Shown here: in pieces, positions 49,035 to 62,209 of the stretch
Layout: each line of letters opens with the position of its first letter
How positions within the stretch are numbered: the first letter of the stretch is position 1
DNA from: Lama glama
Lineage: Eukaryota
DNA length: 63,734 nucleotides
NCBI GenBank assembly: GCA_028534125.1
Contig: CM052817.1
Location: 33,358,267 to 33,422,000, forward strand
Reading direction: 5' to 3'
The notes under the pieces: model-generated
Databases searched by the model: none
Told to the model about the DNA's origin: nothing
The model's input: only the letters and a program-made list of their open reading frames with translations
Made by a program: the position numbers and the translations under genes

Positions 49035-49839
49035 CAAATAGATACTCTTAAACATCCTCCCTGAATATTTATATATGCAGACTTGAACAAAGAAATATCT
49101 AAGCATAGGAGTGAACACTGCTGGGAGGAAGGAGCAGGGGCAAGATCAGTACTCAGAGGCTAGATGAAAGACTGTCCGGAAGGGCTAGGAGGATGGGATA
49201 CTGTGATGCAGAAACACACGACCAAAGAACCATTCACCCAATACAGGCATTTCACATCATGAACTGCAACTTCATACAAGTTTCTGGGCGAGAGCCCATG
49301 AGGAAGAATCAGCCGTCTCCTGGGAATCAGAAGCCCTCTCCTTCAAAAGGAACTGGTGCAGGAGCAGGAGTCGGGTCCAGGCTTGAGGCAGCAATGCCTT
49401 GGCTTCTGAAGAAAAGGAGCTGCCCCTTGCTGTTACGGGGATCCCTGGAAAATCACTCGTGATAAACACTGGTGTCTCTGCTAGTCTGGCTTTCATCCCT
49501 TCAAAGGGGCAATTAACAGAGCTGGGGAAGCCAAGAAAATGCACTGTGAGTATAAACAGCCTGACAGGACATTTACACAGCAGCAATCGGCGCAGAGCCC
49601 GCCTTCCCCGCTGTGGCGGAGGCCAGGAGGGGAGATTTTGAGAGCAAGGTGCCCATCTTTCTTCTTCTTTCTGAGATACGCTTCTTCTGTCAGTTACGAG
49701 AGATCCTGGTTGAGTCTTAGGAAAGGATGAGTGACCGGGCAGGATTGCAGTTACAGCAGCAGAGAGAGGGTATTTTACCCCACTCCTAGTCAGGACCATC
49801 ACAGCCCCTCTGCAGGAGCAGAAGGGAAGTCACAGCCTG

Positions 49840-50338
49840 TTTTTCCAGCTTTACTGAGGTATAACTGAGAATCCCCAGCACCCAGTAACCACCACTCTAC
49901 TCTCTGCTTCAATGAGTTTAACTGTTTCAGATCTCATGTATAAACGGGATCATGCAGTAATTGCCTGTCTATGTCTGGTTTGTTTCATTTAGCACAATGT
50001 CCTCCAGGTTCATCTAGGTTGTTGCAAATGGCAGGACTGGGATTTCCTTTTTTTTTAAAGCTGAGTAATATTCCTTTATACATGTAACATTTTCTTTCTC
50101 CACTCATCCACTGATGGACTTTCGGGTTGTTTCCACATTTCCACATCTCAGCTATCGTGCATAATAATTTGAAATGAGCATGAGAGTGTAGATTAATCAT
50201 CAGGAAAATGCGAATAAAACCACAATGAGATATCATCTCACATCTGTTAGGATGGCTGTTATCAGAGAGATAACAAGAGTTGGCAAGGATATGGAGAAAA
50301 GGGAGCCCTTGTGCACTCCTGGAGGGAATGTAAACTGA
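49840..50338 (-). mobile_element. L1MA-like element with an inverted 5' segment
   Basis: Antisense 3' end at 49840-50191 joined directly to a sense ORF2 piece at 50192-50338. Confidence 0.8.
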
Positions 50339-50874
50339 CATTTTTGAAAGCTGAATAAGCCAACCTGAGTTCATGGTTCTAACCATGGTCAAGATTCAAT
50401 GACTGGAAACTAGATCCTCTATATCCTCCTGTCCTGTGTGCCAGGCTGGCAGGATCCTTTGCCCTGGAAAACGTTTTTGAAGGTCTCAGAGTACATACCT
50501 ATGTGCATGTGCCTGAAAGACATGCAGCCTTGAGATCTGACAATGGCTTGGCCATCTACTGACCGTCAGACGGGAGCAAGGGACTAATCTCCTAAGGTTG
50601 GCTTTCTCTGTCTCTGAAATGGGAATAAAGTTCATACCTACTTCACTGGGATTGTCCTTAGGAATAATAAAGAAATAAGCACAATTCCAGACTGCCAAAT
50701 GCCCTCAACGAAGGGAGGTTCCTTTGATGACTATTAAAACAGGAAACCTCTGTTCTGTGGTGGGAGGAAGGGGCCCTCATGTCAGAGAAGGGAGACAAAC
50801 TAGCTTTAAGAATCCGAGTGGAATGAGTATCTTGAAGTCATGCATCTGGCTTTCCTATTTGAAAAGATGACAAT

Positions 50875-51020
50875 TTTTTAATAGGGGTGGTGGATGGGTT
50901 CACTGTGTTGACTGTAGAGTCATATACTTATGTCACAACTTACCAAATGATACACTTACAATGTGTGCAGTTTGTTGCATTTCAGTTGTACCTCAATAAG
51001 ACAGTTAAAATAAAAATAAT
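50875..51020 (+). mobile_element. Old L1 (L1MD/ME-like) 3' terminus
   Basis: TGTGCAGTTTGTTGCATTTCAGTTGTACCTCAATAA. Confidence 0.7.
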
Positions 51021-51600
51021 GGAAAACTTTTAGAACAGCAATAAAAAGAAGACCACAATAATTATGCTTTTCAGGCAGGTGACCATGTGGGTCAATGAAA
51101 ACTCCAACATAAACAACATTATTCACACATGATATTCCTTGCGTTTCTTTTTTTTTTAAACCCTCCCTTCTCTTCCTCTTCAGCTATCCAGATCCTGTAC
51201 CTTCAAGCCCCACCTGAAGTCCCACCTTCTCTCAGAAGACTGCACAGGTCACTCCACTTCAATGTAATTTAACCCACCCATGAATGCCTTAACCCACACA
51301 CACTCAAATTTCTCAGACAGCATCTGTGACTTCTCATGTGCTCCTGTTCTGTTATTTAAATCATTATTTAACTTCTATGTGTCTGTGATGATGTTAAGAT
51401 TTTGAAGAATAGGAGAGACACATCTTTTGTGTATTTCAGCACATAGTGCTTGACAAATATTTTCTTACTGAATGATAAAATTTAGAGTTCTGCCTCCTAG
51501 ACTAGACTCTGATCACCATGAACTCTAAGGAATGATCCCCAGTCTTCTACTGGATAGGAATTTTATGGTATCAAATACTGCCGGACTGTATTTTGCTTGA

Positions 51601-51775
51601 CAAGGAACTACTGTATAGCACAGGGAACTATATTCAATTTCTCGCAATAACATATAATGAAAAAGAATCTGAAAAGAAAAAATATATATATATGTGTGTA
51701 TGTATAATCCTTTTGCTGCACACCTGAAATTAACATTGTAAATCAACAGCATTTCAATAAAAAATATTTAAATAT
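51601..51775 (+). mobile_element. Short L1 3' end
   Basis: CTACTGTATAGCACAGGGAACTATATTCAA..AACATTGTAAATCAAC..AATAAA; TTGCTTGAC repeated at 51593 and 51783. Confidence 0.85.
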
Positions 51776-52781
51776 ATACGTATTGCTTGACTAAATACGC
51801 CATCGGCTCGGTTTTGACTGTTTATTATTTGTTTTCATACAAGGAATCTGTTTTAACTGTATTGGCTGTATTCATCTATAATGGCTTTTCACACAAAACT
51901 AATGGCTCTCCGAGTTGAACCGTCCCCCCACCAACTCCTGCAAAGAAGCCTAATTCGATTGCAGCAGTTTCAGATACTTATTCCAGGCCTTCCTCATGTG
52001 AGCAGCATAGTTCTAAATGCCAGTCAAGCTTGGGTCACCGAATGCAGGGTGTATAGGAGCAGCTCCCCAATGACACTCAAGTGGCAGCCCTGATCCTATT
52101 CCATTATCCTAAGCCCTTTCATTTTCTGTTTGTTTGTTTTGAGCTCTCCTGGAAGTCTAATGGAGTCAGATACCACATCTCCCAGAAAAGGAATGACATT
52201 TATAACCCCCTTCTGCTCCTGCAAATGGAGGGGTTATCTTGCGATTTCCCCGATCAGCGCTCCCTGGGATCTGAGGCAGCCTCTCAGCCTGGTGCCTTCG
52301 GAGTCAGCTCCAAGGCTGGTGGTTCCAGCAATCAGGGAGCCTCAGACCTGAGCATCAGGCCCATGGTTGAGAGTTAGCAGGACAGTTCTAAGTATCTGCT
52401 TCCTGTTTCAGAGGGTTGCTGGAAAGTTTCTGAAAACCTGCAGCTTATTTATATCTTTAATGCTGGCTCCTCGCCACAACTCATTTCAGGACTAGATGTA
52501 GTTCTGTTTAATATTAGGCCAATCCTCCCAGCCCTGCCACCATCCGAATGAGGAAGGAGGGGCTTCATCATGTTCAGTGCCTGCCAAGGAAGCAAAGTCA
52601 CTGGGGATGCCACAGGGACGAGCCCTCGGGAAGTGGCGAGGACGGATCTGTTTCTCTTCTGTCTAATGAAAGACAGCAATTTTGGGGGGTGTAGGAACAA
52701 AAATATGGGAATATTTAGGAGGAAATACTTTTTCCCCAAAATATCCTTTATGGTTCTATTTTTCCTTTAAATAATAATTCA

Positions 52782-52932
52782 GAGTTTTTTAAAATTTTAT
52801 TTGTTTTTAAAATTTTGGGGGGGAAGTAATTAGGTTTTTATTTATTTATTTTTAATGGAGGTACTGGGGATTGAATCCAGGATCTTTTGCACGCTAGGCA
52901 CACACTCTACCACCAAGCTATAACTTCCCCCC
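52782..52932 (-). mobile_element. tRNA-Ala-derived SINE (camelid vic-1 type), long form
   Basis: Reverse strand has GGTAGAGTGTGTGCCTAGCGTGC..GGATTCAATCCCCAGTACCTCCA, then AAATAAAT..CCTAATTACTTCCCCCCC and an A-rich tail; AATAATTCA repeated at 52773 and 52934. Confidence 0.9.
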
Positions 52933-53439
52933 AAATAATTCACTGTTGAATTAATAACTGTTGACATGAGCATCTCCTAAATGGGGATCCATGGTATCAA
53001 TAGATATTTCTTTTTAAAAATGTAGATGGAGGGTTCCATGATCAAAAAAGTTTGGGGAACAAAGATCTGGAAAATAAGGGCTCTATGATCAACCCCTGAA
53101 GCTGGTGAGTAAGCTTACAGCAGTCATGGGAGAGTGGTGTCTGAGGCAGGTCTGATACAGATCAGGCGGACAGGAGGTGTGTTCCAGGCAAAAGGGATCA
53201 ACAAATAATAAAATGAAAATGCTCAGAGAGAAAAGAGACCTCTGGCTTGGAGAGTAAGGAGCGAGCTAATTTTTATTGGTGTAATTCCAGGGAAGTTTTC
53301 TCCCTTCTCATCGCTTTCAAGAGAGATACTGCAAGTAGCTGCTTGTTTGCCTGTTGTTTGAGCTCACAATTGCACAGGCATGCATGTGTGCGTACACACA
53401 ATCACACAATCTCTCTCACACACACACACACTTCTTCCT

Positions 53440-53970
53440 CGCTGGTAGAAACTTGACTTTATCTAGGTACCCTGCTCCCACGTTGCCAAGGAAAGGAACA
53501 CCTCATCCTGGTTCCAGAAGATGAATATTGGTTAGCTTAAGCTAATTACAGTAATTTCTTCTCCTTGCCATGGACTGGATGGGCATGATCACATAACACA
53601 AATCTGACAAATGGAGCCTGAGGGGTGGTCCTTTTGAGGCTTCTAGAAAGATTTTTCTCCAGAAGAAATAGAGACAGACACATGAAGAAACAGCCCTCTT
53701 CTTTGCTAGGTGTGGGTTTTCTGCGTGACACATCAGGAACGACTGCAAGCATCATGCAGCTTGGCGGGGGATGGGGAGAGGCTTGCAGACATGCTGGGAG
53801 TGGTAGAAGGGCAGGAAGTGAAATATATGGATCCTTGATAACACAGTCAAATGGCCGAATAGACCCTGAAACCACTCTATCTGTGGACCTGATATTCAGT
53901 GAGATAGTGAAGTCCATTCTGCTTGGGACACTTGTAGCTGAGCCTTTGGTTCCTTGCAGTTAGGTGTTTC
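53440..53970 (+). mobile_element. MaLR LTR (MLT1K-like)
   Basis: GGATGGGCATGATCAC..CTTCTAGAAAGATTTTTC..GGATCCTTGATAACA. Confidence 0.6.
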
Positions 53971-54199
53971 ACAGTAAGAGTGTCTCCCCTGATGGACCAC
54001 ATCTAACAACTTGATCCACTAGGCCACCCACCTAATTCTTTGGCCAAACTCTTCACTTAACTCCACAGAGTGTAAGGTTTGGCCTTCCAGGCTGCCCCTG
54101 ATCAATGCCTTCCTCCACTCGCCCTGAACCCTCTCCTTTAAGGGTACCCTGGCTCCCACCCTCACCAACTCCAGCCATCTCGGTTTACCTCGTATCTAC

Positions 54200-54420
54200 T
54201 GATGGTTCAGAGCACAGGTTTTAGAGTCAGACAGTCCTGAACTTTAACCCTGGCTCTACCATGTTCGTTGTAATCCTCATAAGATAAATTCAGCTTCCCA
54301 TAACCTCTGTTTCCTCAGCTGTAAAATGGGAAAAATATCTCATTTCATAGGTCTATTTTAAAATTTTTATGAGATGATAATGAAAAGAGCTTAATAATAC
54401 TTTTCCTGCAGGAAGTGGTC
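54200..54420 (+). mobile_element. MIR SINE
   Basis: GAGCACAGGTTTTAGAGTCAGAC..CTCTGTTTCCTCAGCTGTAAAATGGG. Confidence 0.8.
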
Positions 54421-54449
54421 TATAAGTCATAGTCCTAACAATGTTCATA

Positions 54450-54865
54450 TTTTTTTTAATTGAAGTATAGTTGACTTCCAATGCTGTGTTAGTTTCTAGC
54501 GTACAGCATAGTGATTCAGTTATACATATATATATTCTTTTTTCACATTCTTTTCAACATAGGTTACAAGTTATTGAATATAGTTCCCCATGCTATATAG
54601 TAGGAACTTGCTGTTTTTCTATTCTACATATAGTAGTTTGTATCTGTTAATCCCAAACTCCCAATTTATCCCTACCCCTCAACCCTCTTCCCTTTGGTAA
54701 CCATAAGTTTGTTTTCTATGTCTATGAGTCTGTTTCTGTTTTGTAAATAAGTTCATTGGTGTCATTTTTTTAAGATTCCACATATAAATGGTATCATGTG
54801 ATATTTGTCTTTGACTTACTTAACTTAGTATGATAATCTCTAGGTCCATCGATGTTGCTGCAAAC
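54450..54865 (-). mobile_element. Artiodactyl-type L1 3' end
   Basis: TTTTTAATTGAAGTATAGTTGACTT..GGTAACCATAAGTTTG..CTCTAGGTCCATC. Confidence 0.9.
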
Positions 54866-56300
54866 TGTTACTAATTATTTTGAATTAAAATTGATAACTG
54901 CTTTTGATTGACTGAGGCTACCTGATTCTGATTGGATTGTTCAAATAGCAGTAGGGGGTTGACATTACCAAACGCACTACAGCAGCAAGGAAAGACAGTC
55001 ATAACGAATGGGTACCTTGTCTCATAATTTGATATTTTAGTAAACATAATTAAATGTTTATTTACTCCCCAAAAGAATCTTTTAAAGTCAGTATTGTTGC
55101 TACTTTACTGAAGCAACTGAAGTTAAGAGAGTTTAAGGGCATGCCTTGGCTCACTTAACTTGTGATTAAAATCTAAGTCTTAACAAACCCCTGCAACAAT
55201 GCTCTTCCCACCACATTGCCTCTTGCATTCGCATCCCTCCAGCCACTGTAGGTGATTGCTCTCAGCTTCTAAAGTTTTGTGACTGACCTGTAGTACCTCC
55301 TAGATCAGGTGGTCGCTTTCTGTTTAGAAACTTGCATGTTAATATCCCTCAAAAACAGCCAGTGGCTCTGAGAGTGTTTCTGCGTTGAGGGAGAGCGGGG
55401 AGGAGTGGCACAGGCAGGGGAGGGGAGAATTGTGGCTAACAGCCCAGCGTTCTAGCGTCCTCTGTGGAAGACTGGGTTTGCTGCTGCGCTTTGTATAAGC
55501 AGCTCCTGTTTCTGGCAATAATTTGTGTATTCACACTACTTCTTAGCCTTTCTTTGTTTACCCAAGGGGTGAGACTCTGTGATAAGGAGTCTCTAATGAG
55601 GTTTATGTGACTAGGAGTGGACATGCACTGTTAAAAATGTTTACCACTTACTGAGTGTCAGCAGGGTCTGCTGGGTGGCTGTCAAGAGATGCTCGTTCAA
55701 ACAGAAAATAACAGAAAAAGAGAGAGAGGAAGGAAAATCTCCATCCCTGGAAAACAGGGATGGGCTAGAAACTAGAGAAGGAAACCTTTTGGAAATTCAA
55801 CAGCAAAGAAACAGCTTAGTTTAATGGCTTGGGAATCTGTTTTAAAGTCATTTTTACTGGTGTTCTTGCAGATGATAGTCTAAATTGTTCTCACCCAATA
55901 ACCACCTATGCTTTTTGCTCCTCTTGTGTTACCTTCCTTCTTCTCTAGGGTCTACCACAGTCAGCGCACAGTAGGCACTTAAACATGAAGGGATGAGTTT
56001 CTTTGGGTAGTCTGTTGTATTTCGCAGTATTTGAATAGAGACTTGAGGTGATCATCGGTCAGGGGTCTTTAGAAGAGAGGCTCTGATTTTGAGGGAGAGT
56101 TGTACTAAATCACTATTTGAACCCTTGCCAGCTCCAAGATTTAACTGTATAAGCCAACTTATATAGTTGGCTGTTGAGTTATTCCAATGTTCTGTGTATC
56201 TGGGGTAGCCATCTCCTGGTATATGTTTTGAGTTCATTCCACTTTTATAAGTTCAGAGTAAGAATATGACCTCTCTGAGATATATTACTCTTTAGGGAAG

Positions 56301-56778
56301 ATCTTGGTTTGGGTCTGGGTTTCACTAGAGGTGAAAATTTGAGTGCAAGTCATTTATTTAGAGGGTGACCATGGGAAGCACTGATGAAGAAGTGAAGAAG
56401 TGGGACAGGAAAGGGGAGGAAGCCAATGAAGGGTGCATCTCAGAGCCACTTACCAGGGTGGACAACTGGAATTCAGCCCTGCTGGGACGCTCCGGGAGAC
56501 AGTGCAGAGCATGCCTCAGAGTTATCTCAACTGAAGGATCAGGAAGCTGGGGGATTTACCCACCAATAACATCCCCAATCTGTCACTGATTCAAGGGTGA
56601 TTCCCAGGGGTATTAACTCTGGTATTTCTAGCCTCCCTCGTGCACAAGCTGAGCTTGGTCCTGCAATCAGGTAGAAGGTCTTCAGGAACAGAGCTGCAGA
56701 TGTTCACAGCAAGCAGCCTTGGGCATGTAGAGGTGAGCGCCAAGGCAATATGGGCAGAGCACCAACAGTGTGTGCCAG
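56301..56778 (-). mobile_element. LTR16-like ERVL solo LTR
   Basis: ATTTGAGTGCAAGTCATTTATT..GGACAGGAAAGGGGAGGAAGCCAAT..GGGCAGAGCACCAACAG. Confidence 0.75.
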
Positions 56779-57401
56779 GACGTTACTGTCTTTGTGGTTC
56801 CCAACTTCTGATTCTAGGCACTGGTCTTCTTCATGAACTTCAGGAGTGGGGAAGGGAAGATGAAAGCGGGAAGCAGCTTTGTATTCCTCCACCACATCTA
56901 TTTCCCATGTCGGCTCCGCGACACTGGAGCATCCCTTAGAAGCACATGATGAAAACTACATCTCTCCAAAAGCATTTGTGGATGGAGGTAACTTAGATGA
57001 TGCATGTGAATTACTGAAATGCTAAGGTGGAGTTCTACATATGCTGTTTTCAAAATGTGTTGTTACAGAATCTCTGAATGGAATATTGCTTCTCTAACAC
57101 ATTAGAATAATGATTTGTGGTACTGTGTGTATGTGTGTGTGTGTGTGTGTGCACTTTTCCCCGACTAGATTAGCTCTTTGAGGATCTAGCACAATGCCGA
57201 GTGTACAATGATGCATAAATATTTAGCAAAAAATAAATTATCATTAAGCACCTGATATGAAGTACACATTAGGAAGGAGGCTTGGGTTCTGAGGACAATC
57301 TTTACCAACGAAGAAGGCAGGCTCAGCAAAATGAAGAATAAGAGACAGAGAGAAATTTCAGGGAAAATTTCTTTCCCCTGAGAGAAGGCTTACAAAACCC
57401 T

Positions 57402-59896
57402 GAGGGTGATTTCAATTAAAGATGTTGAATTCAACGCATGCCTTAATGTCTTGTCCCTCCTGAAATTCCACTAAAATAACAGTAAAGGATGGGGGGGGGC
57501 ACAAACACATAAAATGAAGAATTCCAGAGAGGCTACAGCAGCAACAACGTTTTGGGAGCAGTAAAGCAGATGCTCTGATTATCTCAAGAGAGATAAATCT
57601 TAACGGAGGGCAGTGGAGACAACTGACAGTCATGAACCCACAAAAGCCTTAGGAACCTGGAGGCATCAGGTACTTGTACAAGTTGGGGGAGAGATGAGGC
57701 TGAAATAGGTGGTGTTGAATGAAAGTCTGTTTAAGAAGCTCTGAGACCCTTCATATTCCTTCTCTCCCGTGGAGCCTGGTGACAGACTCTCCCTCACCCT
57801 AGAAGAAGAAAGAGGGCTGGTCTTTAGAAAAGACAAATCACAGGCTCTGGACTAGAGGACACCAGCCACAGCGAAGGGTGGAGATGGTGTAATAAAAATA
57901 GGGGGATTAAATGAATGTTTACTAAGTGTTGAAATGCAGACATTCATCTCCCCTCACTTGGCTCCCAAAACACTGGAAGACAGGTTTTACTCTCCTTGCA
58001 GATTAGCAGAGCCTTCTCTCTGGAATGGGATCAACCCATAAGAAAAGACCTAAAGATTCGTTAGAGTTCTTCAGAAAATGGCTCACAGGGCTCATCCTAC
58101 CATGACGTGTAAGGTCGATAACCCCACTGACTTGGAGGTTCCCATCAGCTTTTGACTGTGAGCATATAGCCAAGCCAGACATATTAGGGGAAAATCTCAA
58201 TTACAAAAACCAATAAACAGAGGAAAAATAACTTGGAGGCAGAGAAAAGGTAGGAAAAAAACTATAATTAATATCTCTGGGAAAAGGAGATATAGCAACT
58301 ATGAAACAGAAGCAGGAGACTATTTAAATAAACAATAGTCAGAACAAAGAAGTCTCAGAAATTAAAACAAGATTGTAGAAATATAAAAACTCAAAAAAAA
58401 AAGGTAGAAAGATAAGGAAAGAACAAAATGAAAAAGAGAAGGAGAACAGGAGAGGACAGCTAAGAAGACAGCCAAGAACTGTTCCAGTGTCTGTAATATC
58501 TGAATAAAAGAAGTTCCAGAGAAGATGATATTATCAACACAGCAATTGAAGAAACTGTCCCAGAACTCAAGTTTATATGTTTCCAGAATAAAAGACAATT
58601 ATTGTGACCTTCAGAACACGTGTCTAGAAGATACTATTGGTGCCTCATCTGGATCCCCTGTATGGGGCCAGCACATCCAACTGCTGGCCACTCAGGGCTC
58701 ACAGCCCCATTCTCTGGGGAATGGCCCTCGGCCAAGGGGTAGCTGTATCTCCTGGGAGGCTTCACCTGCCATTCCAGCTCCTGCACAGGTGAGCTCACAC
58801 CAATGACTGATGGGAAGGTTCAAAAGGTCAAGACCCTTTCCCCAAAGGGGGACTGACTCTGGGACAATTTGTGCTGCAGAGCAGCGCTGGGTATCAGGCC
58901 AAAGCTAACTTCCAGCCAAAACCACACCCTCAGCTCTTTCCCTAGAACCAACCTCCTTCCCTCATTTACCTGCATCAGATTTCTCAACATTGGAAGCTAA
59001 AAGGCAGTGGAGCAATTCCTGAAAAATTCTGAAGGAAAATGGTTCTCAACATAGCAGTCAATGTTGAGTACCCAAGATAAACGAAGAGGAAGCGGAAATC
59101 AGAGACATTTTCAGAATTCAAGATCTCCAAAAGTCTACCTCCTTTGCATTCCTTCTCAGAGATACTTTACCAAAACAAGGAAGTAAATCCAGGAAGAGGC
59201 AAACACAGAATGCAGGAAATAGGAGACCCAACGAAAAGGAGAGGGAAAGAGAAAGTCCAGGAAAATGAGGAAGGGAGATCCCAAGACGACAGCCGTGAAC
59301 AGGCCAGGCTCCAGCCAGGACCTCTTCGGAGCATATAAAATTGTAATAGACTATCTACTGCATGTGAAGATACAGAGAGAGTTACACAACTCGGGGACAG
59401 CTTAGGAATACGGTAATGACTGCTGCACAGAAAACTAAGCGAATGTAAAAACAAAACCATTATTAACTTTAAGGATAACAGAAATTTATGCTGGGAAGGT
59501 AATCATACATGATTCAGGTGTAAATAGAGTTTACATAGTCACCGAGTGCCACATGAGTGCTACATATCAATCTAACCGAAAGGATGAGAAACAGGGGACA
59601 GAAATGTCTATGCATGGCAGAGTTGGGTGGGGGAACGGGAAAGAGGGAGAAATCCTCCTCTTCCACAGTTGGAAGTCAACAGATGACGCTTAACATGGAA
59701 AAGTCAAGAAGATGCAGTTGATCTACAGATTTGAAGGTAAAGAAAGGCCAAAGGGGCTGAAAGCAGGGGCTTTGGAGGAGCCATGAATGGATGGGGAGGT
59801 ACTGCTGTGTCTTCTAAAAGCCTTGGAGAAGCATTTGACTCTTTAAAGGATGTGCAGTATAACTCAGATTTTTTAAAACTACATTAAAAATTAAAA
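57402..59896 (+). mobile_element. HAL1-like non-autonomous L1-related element, near full length and degraded
   Basis: L1-like 5' start, CCTCCTGAAATTCCACTAAAATAACAGTAAAGG, A-rich ORF1-like body, GGAAGCTAAAAGGCAGTGGAGCAAT and CAAAACAAGGAAGTAAATCCAGGAAGAGG motifs, A-rich end, no ORF2. Confidence 0.7.
58620..58973 (+). mobile_element. LTR16C-like LTR inserted in HAL1
   Basis: GGGAATGGCCCTCGGCCAAGGG..CCAATGACTGATGGG..CTCTGGGACAATTTGTGCT. Confidence 0.7.
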
Positions 59897-62209
59897 CGTC
59901 TCCAGAGACCGACACCAGGGGCCACAGACCAGACTACTGAATAAAACGCCATGAGGAGGGCAGTTTTGATCAGTTGCTGGCATGGAGCCCAGGCTGAGGA
60001 AATCTTTTTCTCAAGGGACCCAAGATGCTGAGAGAAAAAGCTGACTCCGGTCCAGAGGGTGGAAGCAGAGTGATGAAGTGGAAAGGGCTAAGAGCATCCT
60101 GATCCCAGGGGCAGAGCCGGAGCCTGCTGGAGGGGAGGAAATGAGGAGAGGCCACAGTGGTACAGGCTGCGGCAGGCTGTGAACTCCCATACGGTCACAG
60201 GAAGATAAATGCCAAATTCATGTTCCCACTTGCTTGTTTTCAGAACAACAGTCCTCAGCTCCTTCCAAGTCCTGTCAGCTCACTAGGGGAGTCTCAAAGG
60301 CGTTTTCACACAGGCTCACAAAGCTGGCGGCTGCGGCCAGCACACCTAGGCCCCTGTGGTCTTCCTTTCTGGCCCCTGGCTCCCCAGCCCAGGTTTGCTG
60401 GAAGGCCATCCTGTCACTGAGTCTCACGCAGCACTAAACACGGAGGTCGTGGTCCTACGCTCTCTCACACTGGATTAGATGTCAGCATCCTCTGGACCAG
60501 ATACCCCAGAGCAATGCTGGTTGTCATGGCAAAAGCTTTGAAGGAGGCTAAAAGTAAAGCATGGATGCAAATCTCAAACCTGATTTCTGAAGGCACCGTT
60601 CCTATGTTCCTAGGAGATGGTGAAGGAAGTTATCCCAAAGGTAATGTATCTGGGAGATCCAGCAGGGGAGGTTCCTGTTTCCTGGGGCCTCCATCGTTCA
60701 CGAATACTCAGGGGAGGAAGAGACCTGCCCAGCTGACCAATACAGCTTCTCATTTTAAAGAAGACCACTGGCTAAATAATTCATATATTTTTAATATATG
60801 TATAAAAATATATGTGTATTTAAAAGTAATCAAAGGAAAATTCATTGGATCAACCAAAAGAACCACCAGAAGACTCACCTAAATAGTGAATTCCCCTGCT
60901 TTCTTTAGAAATTGGGAATCAACTTACCTAAGGGTGATGGACACTCTTACAATGACTTATTCTGAGTCTATGAAGCCAAATGAACCACACAGGCTCAAGC
61001 TACTGCTTCCAAGGGCCTGGACAAAACTTTACCGAACCAGTTCCTAGAAAACTGAGTTCTTCTTTTACCTGAGTGAAAACCAAGACTCAGAGAGGTTAGG
61101 AAACATGCCCAAGCCACACAGCAAGTAAAACCAAGTCTACACATTCCAAGTTAGATTATCTTTTGGCTCAAATTATCTGCCCCTTAAAGCTCCACAACCA
61201 TTTTTATAAAGATATAAAGTTGAGTATTCCCACATATTCCTAAATCTATGATCATACTTCTTGTGGGAGTCTGACAGCCCTGGATTACTCAGTTCAGACA
61301 TCAGATGCTGATATAAGCCAGCAGCCCCAGACCCCTGCCTGCCTTAGAATCTTCTACCACAAGTAGGAGGGCAGGAGGAGCAGGAACAACAAAACAGTGA
61401 ACCCAACAGGCTGCCTGGCTTCCTACACAAAGAGCGGGTGAAGAGCTCTGGGCAGGGAGCTTAAACGCCACCTCTATGGCCAGGGCAGCTCATCAAGATT
61501 GATGGCCAGTGGATTCCACAGCCAACATTAAATTACCAATTGACCCCGGAGAGGTTCAACGTCCTTTCCCCCTCCAGTAACCCCACCATCTCCCTGCAAA
61601 CCTCCTAATCTCCCCCCACCCACACACGTTTCAGTCTCTCCTCTCTGATGGCAGAACCATCTCACTTCTCATTGCCCTAATTTGACAAGAGATCAAAGAT
61701 GTCAAATATCTTCCATTTCCTTCGTCCCAGGTTACTTTTGCAGCATTCCACTTAAACCCCCCTCTTATGGTCAGGCCAGCTCTGGGACTCCACAGAGAAA
61801 GGGATCTGTGGTTCACTTTGTCCCACCACTAAACAGGTTCAGGAAAGTTTCTTGAGCATGGGATCCAAGGTCACAGGAAGAGATACCAACTGTAATAGTG
61901 GGAGTCTTGGGAGGCCTGTCTTGCAACCCTGAGAAAGCCCTTTCCTCCATGCCCTTAGGCTTTCTTTTCTAAAGAGTAAGTGAAAAAAAATAAGACATCA
62001 CATGATCGCAGAAATGAGAGGAAGTAAGTATTTCTGGACCTATACAGAGAGAAGCAGTACTCGTGAGGATTTGGGGAGCTGTTAGGGAAATTTTTAAAAC
62101 AAAACACAGACTCTCTAGGTTTAGCACTAGAAGCAAAAGCCCCAGGAGGGGAAGGTGAAATGACCCACTAGTGCCACCAAGTATACTGTCAAGATTAGAA
62201 TTCACGTTC

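Noticed and set aside
49272..49802. 176-aa minus-strand ORF
   Set aside because: Non-ATG start, no domain similarity, lies between L1 fragments
52855..52932. tRNA-Ala-like sequence (also 32903-32975)
   Set aside because: Mutated stems, A-rich tail and flanking direct repeats indicate SINE copies rather than tRNA genes
59908..59925. CTCF-like ACACCAGGGGCC
   Set aside because: One G short in the core, so two mismatches including a key position
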